A stretch of 63,442 nt of DNA, filler included, from Octopus bimaculoides (lineage: Eukaryota): assembly GCF_001194135.2 (NCBI RefSeq). It is 5 parts of 4 records of this genome, joined end to end, with 100 filler letters (N's around TTAATTAATTAA, not from the genome) between each part and the next. Parts side by side here need not be neighbours in the genome. Positions count along the whole stretch, not along the records: positions 56,862 to 63,442 come from NC_068990.1; 4 more parts are not named here. One strand, written 5' to 3'. Below, piece after piece: positions 60,506 to 63,442 of the stretch. The notes beneath the pieces are model-generated. The model ran no database searches and was not told where the DNA came from. It saw only the letters and a list, made by a program, of their open reading frames with translations. Numbering within the stretch: position 1 is the first letter of the stretch; every line of letters begins with the position of its first letter. The translations under genes and the position numbers were made by a program.

Positions 60506-61215
60506 CCTATAGTAGAAAGGATATACATAAAATGTCATTTAGTCATTTATCTGGGGTTATTTATTTATTTCTCTCATTTTTTATTTTTATTTTNNNNNNN
60601 NNNNNNNNNNNNNNNNNNNNNNNNNNNNNNNNNNNNNNNNNNNNNNNNNNNNNNNNNNNNNNNNNNNNNNNNNNNNNNNNNNNNNNNNNNNNNNNNNNNN
60701 NNNNNNNNNNNNNNNNNNNNNNNNNNNNNNNNNNNNNNNNNNNNNNNNNNNNNNNNNNNNNNNNNNNNNNNNNNNNNNNNNNNNNNNNNNNNNNNNNNNN
60801 NNNNNNNNNNNNNNNNNNNNNNNNNNNNNNNNNNNNNNNNNNNNNNNNNNNNNNNNNNNNNNNNNNNNNNNNNNNNNNNNNNNNNNNNNNNNNNNNNNNN
60901 NNNNNNNNNNNNNNNNNNNNNNNNNNNNNNNNNNNNNNNNNNNNNNNNNNNNNNNNNNNNNNNNNNNNNNNNNNNNNNNNNNNNNNNNNNNNNNNNNNNN
61001 NNNNNNNNNNNNNNNNNNNNNNNNNNNNNNNNNNNNNNNNNNNNNNNNNNNNNNNNNNNNNNNNNNNNNNNNNNNNNNNNNNNNNNNNNNNNNNNNNNNN
61101 NNNNNNNNNNNNNNNNNNNNNNNNNNNNNNNNNNNNNNNNNNNNNNNNNNNNNNNNNNNNNNNNNNNNNNNNNNNNNNNNNNNNNNNNNNNNNNNNNNNN
61201 NNNNNNNNNNNNNNN

Positions 61216-61252
<37 letters not shown>

Positions 61253-61855
61253 GTCTACATGCGCCACCAATCAAAGTCAATATATGTATGCAATCTAACT
61301 GTTTATGAATTTCATATGCACCTTGCTGACACTTTCTGCTTCATAACATTATAAACGACACAGCACACCACTCTGCTCTACGTCACTTTATAATTCATCA
61401 CACAGTCCTTCGCTGTTGCCAAACTGCATGAACTGCACTGCGTATCGCAGCTGCACTCATTCGAGGAGGACACTACGCAACTGACATGACATAACGCCTA
61501 TACAGACAGTTTTATTTTTATTCTATTTTGTTTCATTTTATATTTCTAATCACAGTGTCGTTATTCACACTGCTCTGTGAAATAGTCCCAATTGATTCCC
61601 GTTAATATCGATCAGAATACATGAATAATAATGTTGAAACAATAACTGCAAGCTAAATATTCATAGATCTGTAAAAAGTTACAAAAGTCAGATGAACTAT
61701 GTTGGGTTTTATTTACATAACTCAGTAATATTGTCTTTAGAAGATTGTTCTTAATTTGTAAATTTTGTTGCTTGCTTGTGTGTGTGTGTGCACGCTTTTA
61801 TTATATTCCAGTGCTTCTGACTAAAGTTCAGTCTGATTATATATCTATATATATG

Positions 61856-61941
<86 letters not shown>

Positions 61942-62106
61942 CAAACAGACACACGCACGCACAAAAACACACACAAACACAGACACACATGTGCACGCAC
62001 GCAATATATCATCAACATGATTTAATATCCACTTGTTAAAGCTTCCATGGATCAGGTAGAATTTGTTGAAGCAAATTTTCTACCTCAAGATATATATATA
62101 TATATA

Positions 62107-63388
62107 CACAGACATAACAAAAGTAAATAGATACTCTTATAATCATTAAAATTTATTTCAATCTGAAATTATACATTCAAATTATTTATTAATTATTATA
62201 ATGTGAATATCTAATATTTAGTAGACATGCCCTTTGCATTTTTCAATGCAAGGATCCTATAAGGCATGCTACTGATCAGATGATCAATATTCTCTTGAGG
62301 AATTTCTTGCCAAGTTTCATGCAGTAATCTCAAAAGATTTGGCATTGAGGATGCTTTCTTGTTCTTTTGCAAAGTGTCCTGTCCATTATGCCCCAGAGAT
62401 GTTCAATAGGGTTCATATCTGGTGACTGGCTTGGTCATGGAAGATTTTTAATGCCATTCTTTCCCAACCAATCTTGGGTCTATTTAACCATGTGCCAAGG
62501 AACCCCATTTCCTATAAATAAAGAGCCTTCTTTAATCATTTCACCATTGGAGAAGATTGGAAGGAGTCCTTTCTGCAATATGAACACATATTTATCTGAG
62601 TTTATGTTTCCATCACACTCCACCAGCTCTGATTGACCATTTCTCCAAATTGCTCCCAAGACCATCACAGAATAGCTGCCGTGTTTCATTGTTGACAACA
62701 ATCTTTTCATGTCAAATTCTTGATCACAGTGTCTCCAGACCCACAGTCGACCATTGTCAGAAAATACAGCAAATCTGGGCTCATCAGAGGATATGATAGT
62801 GCCCCAAAATGCTAGCAGCCACTCCATCGTTTCACTGGCCCAATCTTTTCTCCACTTGATGTTCGCTGGTTGAAGAAGAGGCTTCCTTCTTGTTCCTCTG
62901 CCATTGTAGCTAAGTTTGCGGAGATAGCTGGCAGTTGTTCTGGGGCTGACATCAAGTTGTTCTGCTATGTCAGAGGCCTTGCAATGAGGATTATCCTTCA
63001 TGCTTCACTTAACAAAGCAAAGGGTCCTGTCAGAGGGCCCTGTCAGAGGGCCCTGTCAGAGGGCCCTGTCAGAGGGCCCTGGGTAAGGTGATGTGGACTC
63101 CTTTCCCTCTCTGGTGAATTGCACAATCACCCTATTAATTGTAGAATGTGGGATCCCAAGGTTTTCTGTGATTTTACGCAGACTAAGTCCATTCTCAGAT
63201 TAACCCATAATACAGCCTCTTTGAAATTTGGACAGTTCCCAGGCTTCTTTTGTATGTGGCATGATCAAACAGTCACAGACAGAATCTGAAACATAAAAAT
63301 GTCGAGTAATAAAAAATATAAAACTTTTCAAGTTAAAATAAACATAACACAATGTTTTATGGGGTGTTTTTTTTACTTCTGTTATGTC

Positions 63389-63392
<4 letters not shown>
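62107..63392 (-). mobile_element. Tc1-family (DD34E) transposon
   Basis: TIR CACAGACATAACA(A/G)AAGTAAA at both ends, embedded in (TA)n. Confidence 0.9.
62211..63262 (-). pseudogene. Tc1 transposase pseudogene
   Basis: MPHTKEAWELSKFQRG...ISSDEPRF...SVMVLGAI...SQSPDMNPIEHLW...KGMSTKY*; 34-aa spacer; stops. Confidence 0.92.
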
Positions 63393-63431
<39 letters not shown>

Positions 63432-63442
63432 ATATATGTATG

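Overview
This is AT-rich, microsatellite-saturated animal genomic DNA. The repeat families look like those of Octopus (inference from recall of octopus repeats, not a database search). It is a draft assembly with many N gaps and four artificial N44-TTAATTAATTAA-N44 joins. No prokaryotic features, rRNA, true tRNA gene or recognisable host protein were found. Most long ORFs in the track are microsatellite or N artefacts. The window is dominated by decayed mobile DNA: at least four SINE families, six Tc1/mariner elements (Tc1-type, DD34D mariner, DD37D maT), MITEs and foldbacks, and LINE fragments (RTE, L1/Tx1, CR1/L2-group, R4/Dong). The main result is seven type-I hammerhead-ribozyme motifs from four sequence families, probably Penelope-like terminal repeats. 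One solo family has an intact core in both copies (8.4 kb and 47.7 kb), two families occur as outward-facing inverted pairs, and two copies carry G12->A at a CpG. The second result is that the same SINE families keep their CpGs between ~26.3 and ~36.5 kb but have mostly lost them elsewhere. This suggests an unmethylated promoter/intergenic island between methylated gene bodies. Several low-confidence candidate exons fit that model but could not be assigned to a known protein. Boundaries of degenerate repeats are approximate (roughly +/-20 bp).
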